In this document: positions 36,665 to 49,624 of the stretch, in pieces
How positions within the stretch are numbered: position 1 is the first letter of the stretch
Layout: each line of letters starts with the position of its first letter
Assembly: GCF_963921235.1 (NCBI RefSeq)
Contig: NC_086097.1
Coordinates: 181,724,001 to 181,788,000, forward strand
Direction: 5' to 3'
Origin: Mobula hypostoma
Taxonomy: Eukaryota
DNA length: 64,000 nucleotides
The notes under the pieces: model-generated
The model's input: the letters and a program-made list of their open reading frames with translations, nothing else
Database searches by the model: none
What the model was told of the DNA's origin: nothing
Position numbers and translations under genes: made by a program

Positions 36665-39178
36665 CCTGGTTAACCCCCTCCGTGCTGGATGCAGCTATTC
36701 AGATTGACAGGTTCATTATACACCATCAGGATAGAGACTCTCAAAAGCAGAGGTGAAGATGTATGCTTCACAATCAACTCCTTTTCGTGCACAATTGTGT
36801 CAGTGATGTCCTAATTCTGCTCACCGGACCCGGAATGTCTCACAATTAAACGCCATCCATTTTACCTGCCATGGAAGATTTCAGTGATCATTTTGGCAGT
36901 GGTGCACATTCCACCTCAGGCCAATGTCAAACAGGCTCGAGATGATCTGAGCAATGGGAAAAACATGCATGAAACAGCCTACCCTAATGGCTTCACCATC
37001 ATTTTGGGGAATTTTAATCAGGCTAGCTGAAAAAGTCACTAAATAATTATTACCAACAAATCACTTGTAGTACCGGAGGAAACAACACTGGACCATTATT
37101 ACACCACCATCAAGAATATCTGCCGTGCTATTCCACACCCACACTTCAGAAAGTTTGATCACCTGGCTGTACTTCTACTCCCTGACTAGAGGCAGAGACT
37201 GAAGACTGCAGCACCAATAATGAGGATCAAGGTATGGACGAGGAAAGCACAGGAGTGCTTACAGGACTGCATTAAATCGGTGGACTGAACCGTATTCAGG
37301 GCTTCACCTTTAAATCTGGATGAGTATGCTGCAGTTGTTACCAACTTCATTAAAAACTGTATGGATGAGTGTGCCTACAAAAACTCGCTGTACATTCCCC
37401 AACCAAAAACCCTGGATGAAACAGGAGGTTTGTTTTCTGCTGAGGGCTAGATCTGTAGCATTTACATCCAGTGACCCAGATCTCTACAAGAAAACCAGGT
37501 AGGACTTGCAGTGGGCTATTTCAAGAGTAAAGAAACAATTTTGAGCGATGTTGGAGCCGACATCAGATGCATGTCAACTATGGCAGGGTTTGCAGGACAT
37601 TACTTCCTACAAAGTGAAACCCAACAGCATGAATAGCAGCAATGCTTCACTACCAGATGAGCTCAATGCCTTCTATGCCCGTTTTGAAAAGGAGAATAAA
37701 ACTACAGCTCTGAAGATCCCTGCTGCACTTGGTGACCATGTGATCTTTGTCTCGGAGGCCGATGTCAGGCTGTTTTTCAGCAGGGTGAACCCTCGCAAGG
37801 AGGTAGGCCCCGCTGGGACACGGAGTAAGGCTCTGAAAACTTGTATCAATCAACTGGCAGGAGTATTCAAGGACATTTTCAATCTCTTTGAGAGGTGGTC
37901 ATGGCTAGAATCAACTTCTGCCTCAGCAAGGACCTGGACCCATTGCAAATTTCCTATCACCACAATAGGTCTGCAGCAGACACAATCTCAATGACTGTTC
38001 ACATGGCCTTAGATCACCTGGACAATACAAACACCTATGTCAGGATGCTGTTCGTTGTCTATAGCTCAGTGTTTAACACCATCATTTCCACAGTCCTGAT
38101 CGATAAGCTACAGAACCTGTGCCTCTGTACCTCCTTTTGCAATTGGATCCTCGACCTCAATCTGTGGCGACTGGTGACAATATCTCCTCCTCACTGACGA
38201 TCAACAATGATGCACCTCAGGGGTGTGTGCTTAGCCCACTGCTTTACTCCCTCTATATCTATAACTGTGTGGCTAGGTATAGTTCATATGCCATGTATAA
38301 ATTTGTTGATGACACAAGCATTTCAGATGGAGATGAGAGGGTGTACAAGAGTGAGACATACCAGATAGTTGAGTGGTGTCACAGCAATAACCTTGCATTC
38401 AATGTCAGTAAGGCAAAAGAGCTGATCGTGGACTTGAGGAAGGGTCACAAGACGAGGGAACACAAACCAATCCTCATTGAGGGATCAGAAGTGGAGAGAG
38501 TGAGCAATTTCAAGTTCCTGGCTCAAGATCTCTGAGGATCTTACCTGATCCCAACATATCAATGTAGCTATAAAGAAGGCAAGTCAGCAGCTATATTTCA
38601 TTCGGAGCTTGAAGAGACTTGGTTTGTCACCTAAAACACTCAAAAACTTCTGTAGATGTACTGTGGAGAGCATTCTGACAGACTGCATCACTGTTCGGTA
38701 TGGTGGGGGAGTGGGGGGCTACTGCACAGGACCGGAAGAAGCTACAGAAAATTGTAAAATTAGTCAGCTCCATCTTGTGTACCAGCCTCTATAGTATCCA
38801 AGACATGTTCAAGGAGCGGTGCCTCAGAAAGGTGGTGTCCATTAATAAGGACCTCATCACCCAGGACATGCCCTCCTCTCATTGTTACCATCAGGAAGAA
38901 AGTACAGAAGCTTGAGGGCACACACTCAGTGACGCAAGAACAGTCTCTTCCCCTCTGCCATAGGATTTTAAATGAACGTTGAACCCATGAACACTACCTC
39001 AGTTTAAAAAAAAATCATTTCTGTTTTGCACTATTTTTAATCTATTTAATATCCATATATTCTTAATGTAACTGATTTACTTTTTTTTCTGTACTATCAG
39101 GTATTGCATTGTACTGCTGCTGCAAAGTTAGCAAATATCACTACACGTGCTCGTCATAATAAACCTGATTCTGATTCC
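36665..39178 (+). mobile_element. Rex1/Babar-type LINE, decayed, near full-length
   Basis: PNQKPWM, LPDELNAFYARFE, LDPLQ and [14 protein letters not shown] motifs; tail cctgattctgattc. Confidence 0.88.
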
Positions 39179-39999
39179 AGGATCTGCTATTTTGGGAAGA
39201 AAGAAAGAGACTTAAGCAAATGGAACAAGGAGGAAGGGAAAAAAGAAAACATGAAGAGGGATCCCTGGATGGAACCACGAAACAAGATATAGGTGGGAGC
39301 TTAGACTGGCCCACAAATAGAAACAGCAATGTAAGGGAAAGAATAAATCAGAAAATTGCATGTGCACATAGCAAGTGTCTAGAGGAGGTTCACGAGAATG
39401 ATTCTGGGAATAAAAGATTTAATGTATGAAAAGCATTTGATGGCCCTGGGACTGTATATGCTGGAGTTTATAAGAATGAGGGATCCCATTGACACCTATT
39501 GAATATTGAAAGGCCTAGATAGAGTGGAGTTGTGGGATATTTCCTGCAGTGGAGGAGTCTAGGATCAGAGGGCACAGCTTCAGAATTGAAGCATGTCCTT
39601 TTACCACAGATATGTGGAGGAATTTCTTTAGCCAGAGGGTGGTGAATCTGTGGAATTCATTGTCACAGAACGGAAGTTCTTAGGTTCTTGATTAGTAAAG
39701 GTATCAAAGGTTACGGGAGAAGGGAGGAGAATGGGGTTGAGAGGGATCTTAAATCGGCCATGACGGAATGGCGGAGGAGACTCAATGAGCCAAAGTGCTC
39801 CTATATCTTACGGTAATATAATCTAATATTTTAATCTGCATATGGCTTGTGTAAATCAGACGACTGCAATGTTTTGGAAACTTATGTAGATCAATATGTC
39901 GAGGAACAAAGAATGAAGAGGAAAAGAAAAACAGATGTTAGTCCACCTGTTCGGCTAACATCAGTCGTGCTGTTCATTATCATCGTGCCTGATGATGCG

Positions 40000-41295
40000 T
40001 ACCACCCAACCGTTCAACAGATGATGCCGTTGCCATCAGCCTCCACCTGGCCTTAACCCACCTGGACAAAAAAGACACGTATGTTCGAATGCTGTTCATA
40101 GACTTCAGTTCAGCATTCAACACAATCATTCCTCAGAAACTGATTGGAAATCTGAGCCTACTGGGCCTGAACACCTCCCTTTGCAACTGGATCCTAGACT
40201 TCCTGACTGGGAGACCTCAGTCAGTCCGAATTGGTAGCAGCATCTCCAACACCATCACACTGAGCATGGTGGCCCCCAGGGCTGTGTGCTCAGTCCACTG
40301 CTGTTCACTCTGCTGACCCACGACTGTGCTACAACACACAGCTCGAACCACATCATCAAGTTCACCGATGACACGACCGTGGTGGGTTTCATCAGCAAGA
40401 ATGATGAGTCAGCATACAGAGAGGAGGTGCAGCGGCTAACGGACTGGTGCAGAGCCAACAACCTGTCTCTGAATGTAAACAAAAGAGATGGTTGTTGACT
40501 TCAGGAGGACACAAAGCAACCGCTCTCCGCTGAACATCGATGACTCCTCCGTTGAGATCGTTAAGAGCACCAAATTTCTTGGTGTTCACCAAGCAGAGAA
40601 TCTCACCTGGTCCCTCAACACCAGCTCCATAGCAAAGAAAGCCCAGCAGCATCTCTACTTTCTGCAAAGGCTGAGAAAAGTCCATCTCCCACCCCCTATC
40701 CTCACCACATTCTACAGAGGTTGTACTGAGAGCATCCTGAGCAGCTGCATCACAGCCTGGTTTGGAAATTGCACCATCTCAGATCGCAAGACCCTGCAGC
40801 GGATAGTGAGGTCAGCTGAGAAAATGATCGGGGTCTCTGTTCCCGCCATCACCGACATTTACACCACATGCTGCATCCGCAAAGCCATCAGCATTATGAA
40901 GCACCCCACGCACTCTTCTCCCTCCTGCCATCTGGAAAAAGGCACCGACGCATTCGGGCTCTCACGACCAGACTATGTAACTGTTTCTTCCCCCAAGCCA
41001 TCAGGCTCCTCAATACTCAGGGCCTGGCTTGACACCAACCTACTGCCCTCTACTGTGCCTACTGTCTTGTTTATTTATTATTATTTATTGTAATGACTGC
41101 TCTGTTTTGTGCACTTTATGCAGTCCTGGATAGGTCTGTAGTCTAGCGTAGTTTTCGTGTTTTTCCTTACGTAGTTCAGTGTAGTTTTTGTATTGTTTCA
41201 TGTAGCACCATGGTCCTGGAAAACATTGTCTCATTTTTACTATGTTCTGTACCAGCAGTTATGGTTGAAATGATAGTAAAAAGTGACTTGACTTG
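40000..41295 (+). mobile_element. Rex1/Babar-type LINE (different subfamily), 5'-truncated
   Basis: [24 protein letters not shown] and ESILSSCITAWFGN motifs; (GACTT)n tail. Confidence 0.88.
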
Positions 41296-41387
41296 AAATT
41301 CTACAGCCTCACACTGGCCAGAGCCAACATGATTAATTTTAGCACATCTATGAGGAGCTTTCAAGGTAGCAACTAGCAAACTATGAA

Positions 41388-41680
41388 CGAGTGGTGCAAT
41401 TATTTGAGCCATTGCCTCACAGTGCCAGAGACCTGGATTCAGATCTGTCCTCAGGTGCTGACTACAAGGAGTTTGTACATTGTGACGACACAGACTTCCT
41501 CCGGATGCTCTGGTTCTACCCACATCAGATGTACAGTTGATAGATTAATTGGCCACTGCAAATTGCCTATTTTGTGTGTAGCAATCTAGCTGGAGTTCAT
41601 GAGAATGTGAGGATAATTTTAACTAAAAATTAACACATGATGCTTGTCTCGATGGACCAAAGAGACTATTTCTATGCTCT
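41388..41680 (+). mobile_element. V-SINE/HE1-like tRNA-derived SINE
   Basis: gcctcacagtgccagagacctggattcagat head, ggagtttgtacatt...tcctccggatgctctggtt core, and attggccactgcaaattgcc. Confidence 0.7.
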
Positions 41681-42734
41681 CTGTGTGATTTTCTCTACAA
41701 GTTGAGTGGGTATGACAGATTTGAATCTTCAGAAGGGTTTTGATAAGCTGCCACACAAGAAACGATTAAAACTACAGCACACAGTATTTGGGCAATATAC
41801 TATTGGCGACTGATGATCAGTTTACAAACTAAAACATACTCTGGACGCTGCAAAGATTGATGCTTTCGGCCCCAGCTTGTCACAGTTATTTAGACTGGGG
41901 AATAAATACACCAAAAAAGCAAAGGCTAGGTGGCTGACTGGACTGAGAGGGGTGCTTCAGTGAGTGCGTGAGGACGTACAATGGGGTACAATGTGAAAAA
42001 ATGAGAATGGTGGAATTTACTTTTAAATGGCAAGTGGGACTGGAATGTCCTTGTACATGAACAGCTGAAAGTTAACATGCAAATAGTACTACCAGCAAAT
42101 GTCAAAATTGTCATTTTTTTGCAAGGTGTTTTGAGCACAAGAGACATCTTGCTCCAGTTATATAAAGTTCTGGTAAGATGCATCTGGAATACTACGTGCA
42201 ATTTCTGGTCTTCCTACCTTATGCAATAAAAAGACCGCTGCATAGGTTCACCAGGATCTTGCCAGATATTGTCACAAGAGTAGAGATTAAGGAGATGAGC
42301 CCTGAACTGTTTGACAAATGAGAAATGATTCCATTGAAAGGTAAAAAATTCATACAAGTCCTGACAGAGTGGAGTTGATATTTATCCTGCTGGCACATTT
42401 AGAACCAAGGATCAGAGTGCTCTTCAGGACAGAGAAGAGAAGTCTTTGGAATTCATTACCTGACAGGATTGGAGAGGATTAATCACAGAATACGTTCAAA
42501 GTGATCATCAATGGGTTTTTAGATATTAAGGGACATGGGATTAGAAGACAATGTATGGAGGTAAAAGATTAGTTTTGATCTTATTGTATGCAAAAATCGG
42601 TACAAACAACCTGGTCATGTTTCCACTTGAGTTCTAGTTGGAAAGAAGGTAAACATTTATTTTTAAAAAGATGTGCACAGAACTACCTCAATGCACTGTT
42701 GTAATTAGGGTTGGTATGGATGGTAAGAATTTTG

Positions 42735-43772
42735 ATGACAAGAGCTAAAAGTAATATTACAGAAAACTCTAGATCTAGATTTGAAAGACCTCCGCCTAAT
42801 CAGAAATCTGTACTGGGAACAAACTGCCGCTGTAAGAATAGATGGAGAAGTGAATCAGTTTACGAAAATCAAGAGAGGCGTTAGACAAGGGTGTGTTTTC
42901 TCCCCTGATTTATTTCATGTGTACAGTGAAACAATATTACAAAAAATAACAGACATCTTGGGAATCAAAGTTGGCGGTGAAAACATCAATAGTTTCAGAT
43001 ATGCAGATGACACTGTGTTAATTGCAAGTACAGAGGAAGAACTAAAAAACTTAATAGATATAATTGTTGAAGGAAGTGCAAAAATGAGTCTATTAACTGC
43101 AAAAAGACAGAGTGTATGGTGATATCTAAAAAGGAGAGTCCTATCTGCAGACTGAGAATAAATGGGGAAGACAAAACAAGTACAGAACTTTTGTTACTTA
43201 GGAAGCTGGGTGACATCAGATGGCAGGTGCGACATGGACATCAAAAGAAGAATAGGGATGGCAAAAGACACCTTTACGAGAATGAAGAGTATACTGACCA
43301 ATACTAAACTAGGCATGACAACCTGCCTCAGAGTACTGAAATGTTACGTTTATCCAGTTATGTTATATGGCTCAGAATGTTGGCCAATATCTAGTAACAT
43401 GAGGAAACGAATTTAAGCAGCAGAGATGTGGTTTTTGAGGAGGATGCAAAGAATATCATGGACAAAACAAATACCTAACGAGGATGTCATGAACAGAGCA
43501 AACACAAAAACAGGAATAATGTATGAGATCTTGAAATGACAACGTAACTTCATTGGACATGTGATTAGGAAAGAGGAGTTAGAATGCACGGTAATTAAGG
43601 GAAAGATTGAAGGGAAGAAAGCAAGAGGAAAACAAAGACAAATGATGATGGAGACAGCAGCAAGAGAACTGGAAATGAATACCAATGAATTGATCCACTT
43701 GACCTGAAACAGGAGTGCGAGGGCAATGGCAGTCAAAGCTCAAACTGGGCATGGCACCCGATGATGATGATG
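42735..43772 (+). mobile_element. RTE-clade LINE 3' fragment
   Basis: GVRQGCVFSPDLF, RYADDTVLIA, FCYLGS and LYGSECW motifs; (TGA)n tail. Confidence 0.88.
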
Positions 43773-44079
43773 CTGGATGGTAAGCAGAAATAAGTTTTGT
43801 TAACGTACCTTGTACATGTGATAATAATAAACCAATTCCAATTACTTGTGTAGCACCCAACTACATTTTATCCTTTAACCTCACAGCATAAGATTAGTAG
43901 CAAAAGTTACAAGAAACAGTTACACCTCAAACTAAAATGAAGAACAGTAGAAACTGAAGAATTACTGAGTTAATTAGAACCTCCCACCCAGAGCCCCACC
44001 AATGACGAAGCACCTATTATACTGATTCCATTTTAATCCTTCCACCATCTCACCAACTCCGTCCACACTGTACCTTTTA

Positions 44080-44222
44080 CCTACAGTAATTTAAGGTGGC
44101 CAATTAACCCATACACCTTTGGGAGGTGGAAAGAAACCCAGGCAGACACAAAGAGAACATGCAAGAATTGAACACAGGTCACTGGAGCTGTGTGGCAGCA
44201 GCTCTTCCAGCTATGCCACTGG
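44080..44222 (-). mobile_element. V-SINE/HE1-like SINE fragment
   Basis: Minus strand ctgctgccacacagctccagtgacctgtgttcaatt...gggttaattggccacc. Confidence 0.55.
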
Positions 44223-44349
44223 AGCATGGAAAAAGGCCCTTCGGCCCACCTTGTCCATTCCATCCAGATTCTCACTCCAAACTAGTCCCATTTGTCTGTG
44301 TTTGTCCATGTACTTGTCTTATGGTCATCTGGTGCTTTATTTAGATACA

Positions 44350-46102
44350 CAGCTGCAAGAAAAAGTTTGTGAACCCTTTGCAATTATCTGGATTCTGCAT
44401 AAATTATCTATAAAATGTGGTCTGATTTTCATCTAAGTCACAATAAAAGACAAACACAATCTGCCTAAACTAATAACATACAAACAATTATAGTTTTCAG
44501 GTCTTTATTGAACACATTGTTTAATCATTCACAGTCCAGGCTGGAAAAAGTATGTGAAAACTTGTATTTAATAACTGATAGAACCTCCTTTAGCAGCAAT
44601 AACCTCCAACAAACGTTTCCTGCAGCTGCTGAGCAGACTTGCACATTGGCGAGGAGGAATTTTAAACCATACAAAACTGTTTCAGTTCATATTTCTGGGA
44701 TACTTTGCATGAACAGCCCTCTTCAGGTCATGCCACAGCATCTCAATTGGGTTAAGGTCTGGACTCTGACTTGGCCATTCCGAATCACAAATTTTCTTCT
44801 TTCTATACCGTATGTTGCTGTTGATTTACTCGTGTTTCAGATCATTGTCCTGTTACATCATCTAACTTCTATTAAGCTTCAGGAGACAGACTATACTCTG
44901 ACATTCTCCTGTAAAATATCTTGACACAATTTTGAATTCATTGTGCCCTCAACGTTTGCTAATTGTCCAGGCCCTGAGGCAGCATAGCAGTCCCAAGCCA
45001 TGCAACACACACAAAATGCTGGAGAAACTCAGCAGGCCAGGTAGGATCTATGGAAAAGAGTACAGTCAACATTTCATACTGAGACCCTTCAGCAGAACTG
45101 GAGGAAAAAAAATGAAGAGCAGAGTTAAAGGGGAAGAGGAAGGAGAAACACAAAGTGCAGCCCCAAACCGTGATGCTCCTCAGTTGGGAAGAGGTTTTGA
45201 TGTTGGTGTGCAGTGCCCTTTTTCCTCCAAATATTGTGGTTTGCATTTCTGCCAGGAAGTTCAAATTTTGGGTCATCCGTCCACAGAACATTGTCCCAGA
45301 AGCTTTGTGGAACATCCAGGTGGTCTTTGTCAAACTTGAGATTGCAGCAATGTTTTTTTTGAGAACAGTGGCTTTCTCTGTGGTGTCCTTCCATGAACAC
45401 CATTCCTGTTCAGTTATTTTTCTTACAGTGGATGCATGAACAGAGACTTCAGTGAGTTCTAGAGATTTCTGCAGGTCTTTTGCTGTTACTCTTAGGTTTT
45501 TTTTCACCTCCTTCAGCATTGCATGTTGTGCTTTTGGTGTGATCTTTGCAGGATGCCCACTCCTAGGGAGTAGCTACAATACTGAATTTCCTCCAGTTGT
45601 GGACAATTTCTCGTACTGTGGACTGATGTATACTCAGATCTTTAGATTTGCTTTGTAGCCTTTTCCAGCTTGATGTATCTACAATTCTTTTTCTAAGGTC
45701 CTCTGAAAGTTGTTTTGATGGAGGCATGGTGCACATAAACAAATCTTTATTGAGAAGAGCCGGCTCTGTCAGTAACCTGACTTTGTGAGTCTTTTTTATA
45801 TGGGGCAGGACACCGCTACAAACCACAATCTCATCTCATTGATTGAAACACCTGACTCCAAATAGCTTTTGTAGAAGGCATTACCCTGGAGGTTCACATA
45901 CTTCTTTGAACCTAGACTGTAATCATTTAAAAGGTCTACTCAGTATTGATGAGAAGCAGTACAATTGTTTATGTGTTATCAGTTTAGGCAGATTGTTTTG
46001 TCTATTATTGTGAATTAGGTGAAGATCAGACCACATTTTATGAGCAATTAATACAGAAAAACAAGTAATTGCTAAGGGTTCACAAACTTTTTCTTGCAAC
46101 TG
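44350..46102 (-). mobile_element. Tc1-family DNA transposon with about 210-bp TIRs and a decayed transposase
   Basis: TIRs cagctgcaagaaaaagtttgtgaaccc (44350 to about 44560) and gggttcacaaactttttcttgcaactg (about 45890-46102). Transposase remnants [46 protein letters not shown]. Confidence 0.92.
45003..45156 (-). mobile_element. Short Penelope terminal module with a degenerate hammerhead, inserted in Tc1
   Basis: Imperfect 16-bp duplication at 44987-45002 and 45157-45172; CTGCTGA-AGGGTCTCAGTAT-GAAATGTT. Confidence 0.75.
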
Positions 46103-48479
46103 TGGGAGCAAAATTAGTCCGTTCAGCACACCAAGTATATTCTGCTATTCAATTAAATCTTATTTTTAAACCTCCATTCTCCCAATAACCCTTACCTTCC
46201 TTACCAATCAACATCTGCCTTAAATACATCCAATGACTTGACCTGCACAGCCCTCTGTGGCAAGGAATGCAACAGATTCACTACCTTCTGGCTGAAGAAA
46301 TTCCTCTTCATCTGATTTCTGAAGGGAAATCCTTTATTCTGAGGCTGTGCCCTCAGATTCTGTCTGATAAATGATCCCCAGCCACAGCATCTGTCATGAA
46401 CCTGGCCCTGACACCAACAAGGACATTTTCATTAGTTTCTGGATTTCAGTTTGGAATTCAACACTGCTGTCCCAGAGACATTGGTGAACAAATTCCTACT
46501 CCTTGGTCGAAATACATCACTGAGCAACTGTGTGGACTTCCTAATGAAAAGACCCCAGATAATCAGGATGCACAACCGCTTCCTCCTCCCGATCTTCCTC
46601 AACACAGGTACCTCCCTAACCCCAGGGCTCTGTGCTGGGCCCACTGCTCACACACGACAGCACAGCCTGAGCACTCACATCATCAAGTTCGCCAATGACA
46701 CAACAGTGGTGGGGTTCATCACCAACAACAAAGAAATGACTTAAAGAGAGAGGGTTCATTTCCTGTACACGAGTGTAAGGCGAACAAAATAATTGTTACT
46801 CCAGATCCAATGCAGCACAAATAAATCATGAAAGGTAAAGAACACATTAAAAAAAAATTATTAAGACATAAGATAGCTTACATAAATAGACTGTATATCC
46901 ATAAGGTGACGCCAGGCAGTACACAAGGTGACTGACAGGAAATAATTAAGTAGTGGTGGAGTTAGTGGGTGGTGGTGTTGATCAGCCTTACTGCTTAGGG
47001 AAAGTACTTTTTTATGTTTTTGAGTCCAGTGGTCCTGGCATACCCACATTATTCTACAGTTGTGCAGTAGAGAGCATCCTGACAAACTGCATCATTGCTT
47101 GGTACAGAAACTGTACTGCAGCGGATGGGATGTCCAATCCATCACCAGTCTACCCGCCATAAAGAACACGTAAACAGAAAGGTGCAGGAAAAGGACCAGT
47201 AACATCATGACGGATCCCACCTGTTCTGCTCGTGGACTGTTTTGTCCCACTCTCATGAGGGAGGAGTCCACATAGCATCTAAGCCAGGACCACCAGACTC
47301 TGAAAAAGTTACCTTCCACAAACAATAAGGCTGATCAACACCACCAGCCACTAACTCCACCACTACTTTATTATTTCCTATCAGTCACTTTATATATAGC
47401 CAAGCATCACTTTTTGAACATACAATCAATGCATATATGCTATCTTATGTATTTATACTGATTGTGTGTTTTTTTTAAAACCTTGACTGTGTTACTTATC
47501 TTTTGTAGTTTTTTTGAGCTGCATCAGATCCAGAATAACAATTATTTTGTTCTCCTTTACACTTGTGTACAGGACATGACAAAGTTCCTCACTGAATTGT
47601 TCTCACAACATATTGACTCACTTTCAAGCACTTTTCATCCCATGTTCTCAATATTTATTGTTTATTAATTTTTCTTTTTTTTATATTTGCAGTTTGTTAT
47701 CTTTTGCACATTGGTTGTTTGCCTGCCCTGTTGAGTGTGTTATTTAATTGTGTCTTTTGTATTTACTGTGAATGCCCTCAAGAAAATGAATCTCAGAGTT
47801 GTTTATACTGACATATATATGTACTTTCATAATAAATTTATTTTGAACTTTGAACCTTGACTCTACTGATGGAAGCATCCTCTCCATAACCACACTATCC
47901 AGGCCTTGCAACATACAGTAGGTTTTAACGAGATCCCCCTCATCCTTCTGAACTCCATCAAGTACAGGTTTAGAGAATAACCAATGCTGCTAATATATTA
48001 AGCCTTCCATTCCTGGGATCGTTATTTTAAATCTTTTCTGGACCCTTTCCTTAGATACAGGACACAAATTTCTCACAACATTTTACATACAATATGACCA
48101 ACATCCTTTAAAGCCTCAGCGGTATAACCTTGCTTTTTTATATTATAGTTCTCTTACTATGAATGCTAAGATTGCATTTCCTTCTTTACCACCAACTCAA
48201 TCTAATCTTCAGGGACTTCCAATTTGCACCTCTTATTTTTGAATTCTTTTCCCGTTAAGAAGACAGACCACATTTGACAAGCAAGACCTGTACAAGTTTA
48301 GTGGCACACATCCAAGTTACAGGCAATAACACAGAATCTAACTACCCACTCATTGGAAGCTCAACTGCACCAGCCATATAAATATCGTGGCTACAACTGC
48401 AGCCAGAGGCTGGGGCTGCTGCAGGGACACCTCGAGGAATTTACCTCATCCATACCCTTGATGGACGCCTTCCACCTGT

Positions 48480-49200
48480 CTGGATGAGTGGATCCAACCT
48501 CTCTCGACACCATCCACCTCCCCACTGTACGCTCTCCTTCGGGCAGGAACAGTCGAAGGGCGAGCCACATCGGAGCCCACAGCCAACAGAGGTCAACCAG
48601 CCCCCGGCCCCCAGTCCCTAGGTATTCATTGCAGCTGCCTCCCGCCCCTCGAGCCCGAGGTACTCACTGCCGTCATCACCGGATCCATGGTGCCCACTCC
48701 AGGCCCAGGCCGCAAGATCGGCCTCCACGGTCACGTAACTGCAAACCGGCGGGCCAACAGTGTCATCACGCAGTGTCCGTGACGTCACTGCGTACACGGC
48801 GTTGGCACCTGGAAACGGCGTTCGCGATACAAACTACGTCAGGAGGCGGCGTACGTCAGCTGCGCTTGATGTCAGCGATCGACAAACGCCGATCCCCGTA
48901 GTACTTGCGTGATCGCCAGGCTGGACAGTAAATAACAGCAGTGGTAGTATGTGTGCACACAAAATGGGGGAGTGTTCGTCTGATGTTGTTATGGCGGGAA
49001 ATGTGCATACAAAGTTCTGAGATGGGTGTAAGCGTTCAGAGCCAGGAATACAGTAGTTATAGTAACTTTTCCACCTAGCGTTCTAAGCGTATGGAAAGTC
49101 CTCCTTAAACCACTGGGTGTTCTTCTTTCAATATAGCGCCACTACGGCCGCATAGGTTACTGGGAAATTCACTCGCCATTGCGTCTCCGACTGAACACAG
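48480..49200. promoter_or_regulatory. CpG island / promoter with CRE-ATF motif cluster
   Basis: CpG-dense relative to the CpG-depleted surroundings. Contains TGACGTCA at 48780-48787, TACGTCA at 48835 and 48852, TGATGTCA at 48867 and TCGCGA at 48822. Confidence 0.75.
48668..48830 (-). other. TMUB1: Probable first (5'UTR) exon of TMUB1; 5' boundary approximate
   Basis: Lies in the only clear non-TE CpG island upstream of the TMUB1 coding exons on the same strand. Strong donor GCA|GTGAGTA at 48667. Confidence 0.55.
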
Positions 49201-49204
49201 AAAG

Positions 49205-49442
49205 CAACTCAAATGCGAGAAAATCTGTAAATGCTGGAAATCTAAACCAACACATACAAAATGCTGGAGGAACTCAGCAGGCTAGATGGCAACTATGGAG
49301 AAGAGTCAACAGTCGACGTTTCCACTGACTTCTCCCCTTCCTTTCGAGTCCTAAGGGTCTCAGTCCGAAACGTCGACTGTTGACACTTTTCCTTAGATGC
49401 TGCCTGGCCTGCCGATTTCCTCCAGCATTTTGTATGTGTTGC
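49205..49442. repeat. Inverted pair of Penelope terminal modules (long hairpin)
   Basis: Arms 49248-49322 and 49367-49441 are imperfect reverse complements. Confidence 0.85.
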
Positions 49443-49624
49443 CATGGAAAGCAAATCCTTACAAATAACTCCATTTACTGAGCAAACAACCAACCAACTT
49501 CAGACGGAAATTAGCTGGTTAAACAACAGCTGTAGATTTAAAGATGGCAAATGTTTCGGGTTCACATTCCAGCATTTAAGCTATGTGACTGTGACGCTGC
49601 ATCAAGCAAGTTTATAATTACACG

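Noticed and set aside
40488..41093. 201-aa ORF as a host gene with an ALKBH8-N/DUF1891-like segment
   Set aside because: It is the C-terminal part of a Rex1/Babar LINE ORF, repeated many times in this window.
41388..41450. tRNA gene
   Set aside because: It is the tRNA-derived head of a V-SINE with no complete cloverleaf.
48488..48901. 137-aa plus-strand ORF in the CpG island
   Set aside because: GTG start, stop-poor GC-rich sequence and no recognisable domain.
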